The notes beneath the pieces were generated by a model that worked only from the letters and a program-made list of their open reading frames with translations, did not search any database and had not been told where the DNA came from. From contig JBHLMP010000006.1 of the NCBI GenBank assembly GCA_048938025.1, positions 31,495-95,494 of the forward strand: a stretch of DNA of 64,000 nt, given 5' to 3'. The first letter of the stretch is position 1, and each line of letters begins with the position of its first letter. Origin of the DNA: Promethearchaeota archaeon (GTDB lineage Archaea > Asgardarchaeota > Lokiarchaeia > Sigyniarchaeales > SOKP01). Positions 1 to 9,413 of this stretch are shown in pieces. The translations under genes and the position numbers were made by a program.

Positions 1-141
1 GGATTACAATTATAGGTAAAAAAATTCGCGTTATATGAGTATGAAGATGTTATAAAAAAATATGAAAATATGGACTATACAAATATTAAATACAATTGAA
101 AAAATTGAATTAATAAGATTTTAAAAAATAGCTGATTTAAA

Positions 142-639
142 ATGAATAAAAAACGACATGAGGGTCATGAGAGGGAAATTCCAAATGCCCATATATTTCA
201 TGCCATATTACCAATAGGATTTGCAGCAATATGGATACTAGATTCAAGAATATTCCAATTCTCAACTTTTTTAAACAATTTTGTACCTTTTATAATTCGT
301 TTAATACTCTTTGTATTAGTTTTTGCGATTGCTATTACTTTTATAATACTGTCTCACCGTGCCCTATTTAAATCACATCACCCACCTAGTAGCTTGATTA
401 CTAATGGAATTCTTGGATATGTGAGAAATCCAATGTATTTTGGCATTTTATTAATTTATGTGGCATTAATATTCTTTTCCATTTCATTAATTTGTATTGG
501 TCTCTTTGTTATAGTATTTCTGGTTTATAATTGGATGGTAAATTTTGAAGAAAAAATTCTTCTGGATATGTTTAGTAATCAATTTTTAGAATATAAAAAA
601 AAAGTACCAAAATGGATTCCAAATCCCTTTAAAAAGTAA
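142..639 (+). CDS. Isoprenylcysteine carboxyl methyltransferase (ICMT/Ste14/PEMT) family membrane methyltransferase
   Basis: Four hydrophobic segments; L-ITNG-x3-VRNPMYFG motif and C-terminal EEKxL...YKKKVPKWIP typical of the family. Confidence 0.85.
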   Translation: MNKKRHEGHEREIPNAHIFHAILPIGFAAIWILDSRIFQFSTFLNNFVPFIIRLILFVLVFAIAITFIILSHRALFKSHHPPSSLITNGILGYVRNPMYFGILLIYVALIFFSISLICIGLFVIVFLVYNWMVNFEEKILLDMFSNQFLEYKKKVPKWIPNPFKK

Positions 640-658
640 AAAGAAAGGACCCGTAGTA

Positions 659-1057
659 ATGGTTTCTGAGCAAATATGGAAAAAAATATGGTTGATATTT
701 GGGATTATTTTTTTATTTATTTCAATTTTTATGTTATTTTTTGGCTCCTCACTAGCTTCAATAACAAGAACCAGACCGTTCTCAGATCGCGCTAGAGCTA
801 TGATAAGTTTCTTCTGGATTTGGATGTTTATATATAATGGAATAGGATTCATTTTACTTTATAAAAATACTGAAAAGTATAAAATTTTATTAATTTTAGC
901 GATTCCTGCGGGAATAATCTTTACAATTCTTCAAATAATCTATATCATAATAGGGCTTTTTGAATTTGTATTCTCAGAAATTATGTGGGCGGTAAGTTCC
1001 TTAATATGGTCAATAATAGCAATAGTATATTTTTTTGATAAAAAAAGGCATGCGTAA
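659..1057 (+). CDS. Hypothetical 4-TM membrane protein
   Basis: 132-aa ORF with four hydrophobic segments; AAGGA upstream; no recognised motif. Confidence 0.65.
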   Translation: MVSEQIWKKIWLIFGIIFLFISIFMLFFGSSLASITRTRPFSDRARAMISFFWIWMFIYNGIGFILLYKNTEKYKILLILAIPAGIIFTILQIIYIIIGLFEFVFSEIMWAVSSLIWSIIAIVYFFDKKRHA

Positions 1058-1093
1058 TGCATTTAATTAGTTGAAATTGTGAATTAGAATAAC

Positions 1094-1807
1094 ATGAAGA
1101 ATATGCATAAATTTGTAAAAGTAGGATTTACAAACTGCTATCTATTAGAATGTAATTCTGGATATCTACTGATCGATACTGGATATCCACATCATTATGA
1201 GAAATTTGTATCCAAACTAAAAAGAAAGTATAATATTCATATAACTGAAATAAGATATTTGCTTTTAACTCATCATCATGATGATCATGCTGGATTTGCA
1301 GCAGAATTACTGAAAAACTCTAAAGCAAAATTGTTACTCCATGAAAAAGCTCTGAAAAGATTAGAATTAGGAACCACTGAAGAAGAAGGCAAACCAGTTA
1401 ATTTTAGACTTAAAATTGTTCTTAAAATATTTAGTATATTTCACGAGTTTTCCTATCCTCCTATTATCACTTCTAAAAATCACATAATTTTAAAAGACTT
1501 TGAAGTCAATAAGGATCTTCTAAGAAATATTGGAATAGATGGAACTATTCTTTATACACCTGGACACACCAAAGATGGAATTTCAGTAATCTTAAAAGAT
1601 GGTTCCGTCTTTCCAGGAGATAATACTATGAATTCATGGTATTTTAATATATTTGGAATAAAAAAAAGACCTATTTATATCCAAGATATCGGGTTAATTT
1701 TCAATAGTTGGAAGAGATATATCGAATTTGGTGGAAAATTTGTATATCCAGCACATGGTAAACCTTTTGACATTAAATATCTAATAAAATATCTTAAAGA
1801 AAACTAG
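1094..1807 (+). CDS. Metallo-beta-lactamase-fold hydrolase
   Basis: LIDTG, THHHDDHAG (HxHxDH), TPGHT, GD and PAHG motifs. Confidence 0.92.
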   Translation: MKNMHKFVKVGFTNCYLLECNSGYLLIDTGYPHHYEKFVSKLKRKYNIHITEIRYLLLTHHHDDHAGFAAELLKNSKAKLLLHEKALKRLELGTTEEEGKPVNFRLKIVLKIFSIFHEFSYPPIITSKNHIILKDFEVNKDLLRNIGIDGTILYTPGHTKDGISVILKDGSVFPGDNTMNSWYFNIFGIKKRPIYIQDIGLIFNSWKRYIEFGGKFVYPAHGKPFDIKYLIKYLKEN

Positions 1808-1910
1808 GTTTTATTTTTGGATTTTAGCAAAACCTTATTACAAAAGAATACATACAATTCTTAATTGTTGCATTTTTAGCAAATGTACACAATTGTTTTA
1901 GGTTTTATCA

Positions 1911-2171
1911 ATGGCAAAAGCAAAAGGAACAGTAAAATGGTTTAATAGTAAAAAAGGCTATGGCTTTATTACTCCTGATGATGGTTCGAGTGATTTATTT
2001 GTTCACTATTCCACTATTCAAGCCGAAAGTGGCGATTTTAAGATAATTTATGAAGGGGATATAGTAGAATATGAAGTCACTCAAGGACAGAAAGGGCCAC
2101 AAGCCAGCAATGTCGTAGTTATTGAAAAAGGACCTCGACAGAGTTTTCATGGCCGGAAATCTTTTTATTAA
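1911..2171 (+). CDS. cspA: Cold-shock domain protein (CspA family)
   Basis: [15 protein letters not shown] (RNP1), DLFVHYS (RNP2), [10 protein letters not shown]. Confidence 0.95.
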   Translation: MAKAKGTVKWFNSKKGYGFITPDDGSSDLFVHYSTIQAESGDFKIIYEGDIVEYEVTQGQKGPQASNVVVIEKGPRQSFHGRKSFY

Positions 2172-2296
2172 TAAAATAGTTTATTAATTAAGAAAGAGAA
2201 TAGGTAATAAAAATAAGGAATTTTGGAAGATAGTAAATATGTGAGGAAAGATTTGTTAATTTCTTTTTAATATTTCTCTACGTCTGACAGGTTCCC

Positions 2297-2316
2297 TTTT
2301 TTTTTTTTATTTTTTT
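2297..2316 (+). terminator. Oligo-T tract, probable archaeal terminator downstream of csp
   Basis: About 20 nt of nearly pure T between csp and the next gene. Confidence 0.45.
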
Positions 2317-2397
2317 AACGCTCTAAATTGAAGCTAAGTAATAAAATTATTAAGAATAGTAGTGATTTATAATTAAAAATCATGATTTTTGTATAAA

Positions 2398-3063
2398 ATG
2401 AGCCAGTTGAATGAGAATAAGACATGGACGAGAGAACGAGTTGAAAGATATATCCAATCAACGGAGAAATTAATTAATTATAGATATAAACCATTTGCCA
2501 AGCAAGTACTGGATTCTATAAATGAGTTTGGTATAGAAGGGATTCCAAAAATTTTAGATATTGGATGTGGGCCAGGCATTCTCTTATTTGAAATTAAGAA
2601 AATTATTCCTGACGTAAAGTTAGTTGGGGTTGATTCCTCAGAACAAATGTTAAATTTTGCCAAAGAGAAAGCAGAACACAATAATATTGATGAGCTTGAA
2701 CTATTGAAAGGTTTGGCTGAAGATATTCCATTACCAAATGATGATATAGAGGTGGTTGTATGCCTAAATTGTCTTCATGATTTTAAGGATGCGAAACAGA
2801 CAATAGAACAAGTATACCGAGTATTGCGGAGTGGAGGGATTTTTATTTTGAAAGATAAAAATGGTGCTTATCCTCGATGGAAAATGCGTTTACATTTTAT
2901 TCCATTAATTCTTAGGACAGGTTTAAAGAGAGCTCGGGCTTATTTAAGAAGCGAGCCATTTTGGCTTGAACCGCATCAAGTATATGATTGGATGAGCCAA
3001 TTAGGGTTTCAAGAGATTAGTGTTTCAAATAAACCTGATTATGTTATTATAGGAAAAAAATGA
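2398..3063 (+). CDS. Class I SAM-dependent methyltransferase (UbiE/Methyltransf_11-like)
   Basis: ILDIGCGPG motif I, GVDSSEQML, GLAEDIPL, RVLRSGG; ATG at 2398 preferred over TTG at 2389. Confidence 0.9.
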   Translation: MSQLNENKTWTRERVERYIQSTEKLINYRYKPFAKQVLDSINEFGIEGIPKILDIGCGPGILLFEIKKIIPDVKLVGVDSSEQMLNFAKEKAEHNNIDELELLKGLAEDIPLPNDDIEVVVCLNCLHDFKDAKQTIEQVYRVLRSGGIFILKDKNGAYPRWKMRLHFIPLILRTGLKRARAYLRSEPFWLEPHQVYDWMSQLGFQEISVSNKPDYVIIGKK

Positions 3064-3065
3064 GT

Positions 3066-3536
3066 TTACAGTTTTAACTCAAAAAATTTAGCACCCTCAT
3101 AAGGATTATAACGATAAGGATCTATTTCTTCAAATCCTAAAGAAAGATATAAGGTTATTGCTTCTTTCATAAATGGAAGTGTGTCTAAACGCATATGTGT
3201 ATATCCCAATTTCCGAGCAGTATTAAATATTTGTTTTGCTAACGCTTTTCCTATGCCTTTTCCTCGATATCTTAATCGAACATAGAGCCTTTTCATCTCA
3301 CAGATGCCTTCATCAAAATTTCTTAGAGCTACACATCCTGCTAATTTATTTTTATAAAATGCTAAGAGAAGAGATCCCTCTGGTAATGAATAATCACCAG
3401 GTAAGGATTCTAGTTCCTCATTAAAATTTTGAAATTCTAAATCTATGTTTAAGTAGTTAGCATATTCTTTAAATAGCTCGGATGCTTGTTCTATTCGTTC
3501 TTTAGATGTTACCTGTTTAATCTCTAGCATGAGCAT
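3066..3536 (-). CDS. GNAT family N-acetyltransferase
   Basis: CEMKRLYV, RGKGIGKAL acetyl-CoA motif, RLDT...AITLYLSLGF. Confidence 0.92.
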   Translation of the reverse strand: MLMLEIKQVTSKERIEQASELFKEYANYLNIDLEFQNFNEELESLPGDYSLPEGSLLLAFYKNKLAGCVALRNFDEGICEMKRLYVRLRYRGKGIGKALAKQIFNTARKLGYTHMRLDTLPFMKEAITLYLSLGFEEIDPYRYNPYEGAKFFELKL

Positions 3537-3654
3537 CTAAGAAGAACATTTCTGTATAGTTTAAAAATAATTTGAATTTTGATCAAAGAATTTATATAAG
3601 ATTTAAAAGTATTTTTCTTAAATTAAATATAAACAATAGAGGTAGAAATAAAGA

Positions 3655-4107
3655 ATGGTAAAAGTAAAATATGGAACTCAAGAGTTTGCGGATGCTTATC
3701 GTGATGCCCTAAATAAAAATGAGAATTACAAGGACGCTGCTGCCGATTGGGAAGGTGACTTTGTCTGGGTAGCCACTCCAAGCGGAAATTTAGACCATGA
3801 ACAGAGAATGTGGATTGGACTTTATCATGGTAAATGTACAGGTTGTAAAGCATTGGATCCAGATGATAAAGTAAGACTTTTACAACCAGGAGAAAAACCG
3901 AGTGGAGAAGGGTATGAAGTTGAATATATATACACTACTGATTATGAAACATGGAAAAAAATCACTATTGGTGAAGCAGATTCTATTAGAATGATGTTAA
4001 GTGGAAAAGCAAAACTCGAAGGAGATATGGCTAAAGTTATGAAATATACTAGAGCAGCTGCTGAACTTACAGTTTCTGCTCAACAACTTGATATAGAATG
4101 GCTTTAA
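3655..4107 (+). CDS. SCP2 sterol/lipid-carrier domain protein
   Basis: ALNKNENYKDAAADWEGD N-terminus and MMLSGKAKLEGDMAKVMKY C-terminus typical of archaeal SCP2-like proteins; GAGGT SD. Confidence 0.8.
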   Translation: MVKVKYGTQEFADAYRDALNKNENYKDAAADWEGDFVWVATPSGNLDHEQRMWIGLYHGKCTGCKALDPDDKVRLLQPGEKPSGEGYEVEYIYTTDYETWKKITIGEADSIRMMLSGKAKLEGDMAKVMKYTRAAAELTVSAQQLDIEWL

Positions 4108-4202
4108 AAAATAAATAGGGAAGTTGATAAATATAAAGATTTTTAAAAAGAAACGTTGAACTAATAATATTTAAATTCAAATTCAATTTAAATAAAAAAT
4201 AA

Positions 4203-4727
4203 GTGAGAAATTTGGCTACTACAAAAGGTAAACTTACTCTTTTTTCCATCATATATATAATTGTAGGATTCTTACATATACTAATTCCCGTATGGGGTGT
4301 TGTTCTTGAGGAACCATTTAATTATGCAGAGTTTTATTGGTATTGGGGATTCTACTTTCATGCTAGTGAGGGAAACTTCGATACAGGGACCATTGGTAAT
4401 GAAGGTATCCTATTTGCTGGTAGAACTGCTATGATAATGATGATAATTTGCTTTATAATCCTACTAATAACTTTTATTTTAGCTAGAACATTAGACATTT
4501 TTAAAACTGAGAAAAATCTAAGTCTTTTTGGAGTTATATGGCTCATAATGGGCATTTTACTATTAATTGCTCCATCTATATATGTTGCAGAAGTAAGTGA
4601 TGACATATTTCATGATTATGTTTGGGGAGTCGGAATATATTTTTCATATATTCTAGCAATTGTGCCTTTATTACTAGGAATACTTATTCTCTATATGAAA
4701 TCGAAAGGACAAAAAATTGGGACTTAA
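4203..4727 (+). CDS. Hypothetical 4-TM membrane protein (tetraspan-like topology)
   Basis: TM1 ending in PVW, aromatic loop with YWYWGFY, three more TM segments, WGVGIY leading into TM4. Confidence 0.65.
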   Translation: MRNLATTKGKLTLFSIIYIIVGFLHILIPVWGVVLEEPFNYAEFYWYWGFYFHASEGNFDTGTIGNEGILFAGRTAMIMMIICFIILLITFILARTLDIFKTEKNLSLFGVIWLIMGILLLIAPSIYVAEVSDDIFHDYVWGVGIYFSYILAIVPLLLGILILYMKSKGQKIGT

Positions 4728-4812
4728 TTCATGTAAATAGTATCTTAATGGAGTTAAGATAATTTTTTTTTTATCTCTTTTTATTTTTTTTTAAATAACA
4801 AAAGATATCTAC

Positions 4813-6063
4813 TTATCGCCATTCAGTACCACAATGACCGCATTTATATTTATGACCATAAACTCGTGGATATGCAAATATTATATGAGTTTTATCAATT
4901 ATTTCCCGAATGAGATCTTTGTTAGCATTTCCACATTTAGGACATCTACGCCTTCCCTCAGAACTTCCCTCTAAAATTATTTGTCCTTCTTTTTCTAGTT
5001 CAGGAGAGATGATTGATTTCAATTCTTCTACCAAAGAATAAGAAGAAATAGCCTGTTCTGTTTCCTCAACATTTAGCTCTTGGGTATCTATTGTAATCTT
5101 TTCTTCCATCTTTAATGCAGGTTCCATTAATTGTTCAGTCTCAACTTTTAAAGGTTTTTGAGAGGGGACCTTAAGTTCTTCATGAGGTTGAGGAATTGCT
5201 ACTTCCACTACTTTTTTACCTTTTTCTTTAAACCTTTTATTTTCATCCTCGAGAGCGACTACTTGTTCTTGTAAAATAGCGATTTCTTTTTCTAATTGTG
5301 CAATATCCGGTTTTTGCATCTTTAAAAAGTCAATGTTATTTCTTAATAAATTGGTTTCGTTTACCAATTCATGGATTTTTTCATTTTTATTAAGAATTAA
5401 ATTTTCTAATCTATTAACTTCTTCCATCAAGTTTGCTATAGTATTACGAGTACTCTCAATGAACTCAACATCAGGTTTTTCTTTCTCTTTGAGTATCCTA
5501 TTATTATCCTCTAATTCAGCAATCATTGCTTCTAAATCTATAACTTCTTCCTCTAATTGTGCAATTGTAGCCAACTCAGTTTTTAAATCTCGGATATTAT
5601 TTTTTAACACTCTATTTTCATGTTCTAATTCAGAAGCTTGATTTTTTAATGGTTCAAGATTTTTCTCTAATCTATGGTACTCTTCTGTTAAATTTTCGAT
5701 TTTTTTAGTATACTCTTTTAAAATCAGGGGATCCACTGTTTCACCTAAATTTTCTTTTTGTTTCGAAAATTCAAGATTTAAATTTTCAATTTTTTTTTGT
5801 AAAATTTCACTTTCATAATCTTTCTGAGCTAACTCTTTTCGCTGTGAAGAAACCATATTTTTTAAAATTGTAATTTCTTCTGATTCATTTAAACTATCGG
5901 CGGTAACTTTGCCACTTAATAAGGTTCGTGAATTCTGTTCTTCTAATTGAGCATTTAACCTATTAATCTCATTATTCAATTTTTCTATAATCTTTTCCAA
6001 TTCTGCTCTGTTCCTTTCTTCTTCTTCAGCTTTATCAATTAAATCCTTTAAATTTTCGCTCAT
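4813..6063 (-). CDS. Long coiled-coil protein with C-terminal zinc ribbon
   Basis: About 280 aa of E/K/L heptads with an internal duplication; C-terminal CPKC...CGHC. Confidence 0.8.
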   Translation of the reverse strand: MSENLKDLIDKAEEEERNRAELEKIIEKLNNEINRLNAQLEEQNSRTLLSGKVTADSLNESEEITILKNMVSSQRKELAQKDYESEILQKKIENLNLEFSKQKENLGETVDPLILKEYTKKIENLTEEYHRLEKNLEPLKNQASELEHENRVLKNNIRDLKTELATIAQLEEEVIDLEAMIAELEDNNRILKEKEKPDVEFIESTRNTIANLMEEVNRLENLILNKNEKIHELVNETNLLRNNIDFLKMQKPDIAQLEKEIAILQEQVVALEDENKRFKEKGKKVVEVAIPQPHEELKVPSQKPLKVETEQLMEPALKMEEKITIDTQELNVEETEQAISSYSLVEELKSIISPELEKEGQIILEGSSEGRRRCPKCGNANKDLIREIIDKTHIIFAYPRVYGHKYKCGHCGTEWR

Positions 6064-6226
6064 CGTATTAAAATTTCCATAATTTTATTTAAACATTTCC
6101 AATTTTCTAGAAAGATAATGAAGTTCTAATTAAAAAATTTAAGGAGACTAGATTAAGAATAAAATAATATGAGCATTGCAGAAATCTAAAAAATAATTAA
6201 TTAAATGTCATATTAATTTGGATATC

Positions 6227-6262
6227 AAAGCTTTATAAATAATTAATTAAAGCTTTATAAAT
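6227..6262 (+). promoter_or_regulatory. Tandem 14-bp direct repeat AAAGCTTTATAAAT (two BRE/TATA-like boxes)
   Basis: Identical copies at 6227-6240 and 6249-6262 in a divergent intergenic region. Confidence 0.55.
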
Positions 6263-6338
6263 GTTTGAATATTTACTACTCTTACTTTAAGGTTAAATCT
6301 TACAATAAAAATAAAAAAATAAATGAAGGGTAATTAAA

Positions 6339-6926
6339 ATGGAAGATGTAAGTGATGAAATTTTCTGGAAAAATATAATTAAACAGTATTGGAAAATATT
6401 CGTCATTTGTATAATCGCAGTAATCGTATGTGCTATAGGAGTACTTCTAGTCCTTGTTTGGTTTATAGAAACCTCTACTCTTGGGGGGCAAGGTGAATGG
6501 ACTTTTAATCAGTGGACATTAAATTATGTTGTTGGCTTTATGATTTTGATAATTCTTTGGGAGTTATTACTTGTAGGAGTTCCAGCAGCCCTATTTTTTG
6601 GTGTAGGGGGATATCTATGGTGGAAGAAATTACCTGATGAAGAAAAACAAGTATTCAAAGGAAGAGAAAAGAGGGAAAAGAAAAAATACAAACATTCAAA
6701 AAACTGGGGTGGCGGTGGAGGATTTAATATATTTATGTTTATAGCCTACTGTATCGTTATCGCGATTGATGGAAACTATAATACTAGATTTGGACAATTA
6801 GATTACAGCTATTTCATTTATGCTTGGTTTTTTACTATTATGTGGCTTTTGATAATTTTTGGCATTCCTGTGGTTATTATACTTTTGATTGTTTATTTTA
6901 AAGTATGGAGAAAAAAATTAGAGTAA
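6339..6926 (+). CDS. Hypothetical multi-TM membrane protein
   Basis: Four hydrophobic segments, basic central loop ending in WGGGGGF. Confidence 0.7.
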   Translation: MEDVSDEIFWKNIIKQYWKIFVICIIAVIVCAIGVLLVLVWFIETSTLGGQGEWTFNQWTLNYVVGFMILIILWELLLVGVPAALFFGVGGYLWWKKLPDEEKQVFKGREKREKKKYKHSKNWGGGGGFNIFMFIAYCIVIAIDGNYNTRFGQLDYSYFIYAWFFTIMWLLIIFGIPVVIILLIVYFKVWRKKLE

Positions 6927-6989
6927 AATTTTTTTTATTATTATTTTTTTTGCATAAAACCTCTTAAATTCAAGAAAAAAAGATATAAA

Positions 6990-9266
6990 TTATTCTTTAG
7001 GTTGAAAGACTTTTTTCTTTATCAAATTAAGGATTGTTTCAGCCTCTTTTGCATCAAAACCCTTTCTTATTGATAATAGACTAGTAACAGTAAAATAATC
7101 CTTGTTTTGCTTTTTCATAATCACTTTAGCTCGACTTGCCATGGATTTTTCATCCGACTTAAGTTTAATATCTCGTTTAATTATTTCTAATGGATATATT
7201 AAAGCTGTTTGTAAATGTTGTTCAAGTAATTCACCGATTCCTTTAAGTGGTGTTATATTTCCATTAAAGCTTTCAATTATATTACCATATCTTTTATTAA
7301 TATCATAAGATAAAGCTCTAATTGATTCTAAAAAGTCATGTGAAGGATTTTCTTTCATAATAAGCAAAATTCTAAAAGTCTTAAATTCTGACATTAAGAT
7401 TTTTGAATCGTGATATTCCAATTTTATTGTCTGAGATTGTTCACTAGCTCCAGTTAATTCAATACCAAAGCTACGAATTGCTTCAAGAAATCCAGCAATT
7501 AATGAAGCATCAATAGATTTACCAGCATAAATCTGCTCGTATATATTTAACCCAGATTTCTTATGTGTAATAATCAAATAATCTAAATTTAAAACATCCA
7601 TATATTTATTAAAAATACTCTGTCTGTATACCTCATGTTTTCTCTTAGAGATTTTAACAAGTTTATATGTGGTAAAACTAGCAATAGATAAAATTGCTAC
7701 AGCAGATACTATTATAACAATTAGCATCGGATCTAAGACAAAAGGAATACTTACTTTAAATTCTTGAGTAATAACACCTGCATCCGTAGCATTATTCCAG
7801 AAAATGTAAGCCTTATAAATCCCTTCATTAGGACTAGATGGAAGTTGATAACTCAGTATGAGATCTTCTGTTCCGATTGAATCTATTATATAAACTTCAT
7901 CTGGCTGAGCGGGATAACCTAATGAATTAATTAACCTAAAAGTAATATTTCCTGGAGGAATTGGAGACAGAACAGAAAATTGTATTTCTTGACCTGCTCC
8001 AAACTTTGTTTTTTGTACATTTAAAGGAAGTTGTATATTTGGAGAATTTGCTGTTATTCTCCAGTCCGATCCCTCTATTATTGTATTATTCTGAAGAAAT
8101 ATAAAGTGATTTATTGGATCTTTTATAACATCTATGGTAATATTTTCCCATCCAAAACCTATATCTCTATATATAGTTAAATTATACCAATTGTTTGGAT
8201 ATATAAATTTAATAGAATAGTTACTATAACATCTATCAAACTGTTGAGTCATTATCCAAGTATTTTTCAAATTCTCTTTAATTAATAATTCCCACTCCGT
8301 ATCAAGAATATTTTGAAGTTTTATATGATAACTTAAATTGAATAATAACTCAGAGACTCGATTATTTACTATTGGTATATTATATATTTCAGATAAAGGA
8401 GAAATATCTTTACTGATATTTAATTGACCTGTTTCAGGTTCTGTTCCATTTAAGATGGGATAATAAATACCATCAATAATTGCACTCATATTAATTTCCT
8501 CTGGATCAAAAGATTTATCTACTCTTTGAATTAATTTATATAATAAAGGTTCTCCCTTAGCTTCCCAGTTCCATTTTGCTCCGTCATGTTTTGCTGTATT
8601 CAAATTAGCATTAATAGATCCACTATCATTGTAATACCAATTATATGCTGTTCTATCACCAGGAATATTCATTTCAGTTCCATTCATTACCAAATAATAT
8701 TGACCACTTGAAAGTGATATTGGATTTTCGAAAGTTTGGATATACCAATCAAAATTATTAGTCATATTTATTGGTACCGTTCCATAAATATTATCATCTG
8801 GTATGTTTTCTGCACCATTATATCCTTGTATTTGTATATATGCTGGAATTGATGGATCTTCACCACTACGAACTCCATATATATATACTCCAAAAATATC
8901 TGTAGGTACGGTAATATTAATTTGCACACCATATCCATATTCACCCTTAAAACCGACTGTTTTGGTTTCATCTCCCTCTTCTTCAATTGTTATAATTTCT
9001 TTTCCTAACTTTATATCAGTAAAATTAAGCTCCATATTTGTAATGTTCCAAGTTGCTGATGGTAAAGGAATATTTATTGAACTTATGTCTATACTTATAT
9101 TTATATTATCTGAATATTCAATCATAGGGACGTTTGAATTTATCTCAAGTGATTCATCATTATTTTGAGCATTAACAAAATTGGTGATATAAATTAAACT
9201 TACTAAGAAAAGAGTTATGATTGTGAATCCTATTATATAAGATCTTGATTTATATACCTCTTTCAA
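6990..9266 (-). CDS. Receptor-like protein: N-terminal signal/TM, large ectodomain, single TM, cytoplasmic longin-like domain (paralog 1)
   Basis: Hydrophobic N-terminus; beta-rich ectodomain with many NxS/T sequons; TM MLIVIIVSAVAILSIASFTTY; cytoplasmic NLDYLIITHKKSGLNIYEQ...LIAGFLEAIRSFGIEL...FNGNI. Confidence 0.75.
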   Translation of the reverse strand: MKEVYKSRSYIIGFTIITLFLVSLIYITNFVNAQNNDESLEINSNVPMIEYSDNINISIDISSINIPLPSATWNITNMELNFTDIKLGKEIITIEEEGDETKTVGFKGEYGYGVQINITVPTDIFGVYIYGVRSGEDPSIPAYIQIQGYNGAENIPDDNIYGTVPINMTNNFDWYIQTFENPISLSSGQYYLVMNGTEMNIPGDRTAYNWYYNDSGSINANLNTAKHDGAKWNWEAKGEPLLYKLIQRVDKSFDPEEINMSAIIDGIYYPILNGTEPETGQLNISKDISPLSEIYNIPIVNNRVSELLFNLSYHIKLQNILDTEWELLIKENLKNTWIMTQQFDRCYSNYSIKFIYPNNWYNLTIYRDIGFGWENITIDVIKDPINHFIFLQNNTIIEGSDWRITANSPNIQLPLNVQKTKFGAGQEIQFSVLSPIPPGNITFRLINSLGYPAQPDEVYIIDSIGTEDLILSYQLPSSPNEGIYKAYIFWNNATDAGVITQEFKVSIPFVLDPMLIVIIVSAVAILSIASFTTYKLVKISKRKHEVYRQSIFNKYMDVLNLDYLIITHKKSGLNIYEQIYAGKSIDASLIAGFLEAIRSFGIELTGASEQSQTIKLEYHDSKILMSEFKTFRILLIMKENPSHDFLESIRALSYDINKRYGNIIESFNGNITPLKGIGELLEQHLQTALIYPLEIIKRDIKLKSDEKSMASRAKVIMKKQNKDYFTVTSLLSIRKGFDAKEAETILNLIKKKVFQPKE

Positions 9267-9413
9267 ATATAAACCCCCGAAATATTAAAATCAAACTAAA
9301 ATGCTTAAGAATATAGTCTCAATTAGTCTATTTAAATTTTGATTTTATTGCTTATAGGATTCATAAATAATAATTAATAAGTATTCAAAATTAAAGATTT
9401 GAAGAATTTAAGA

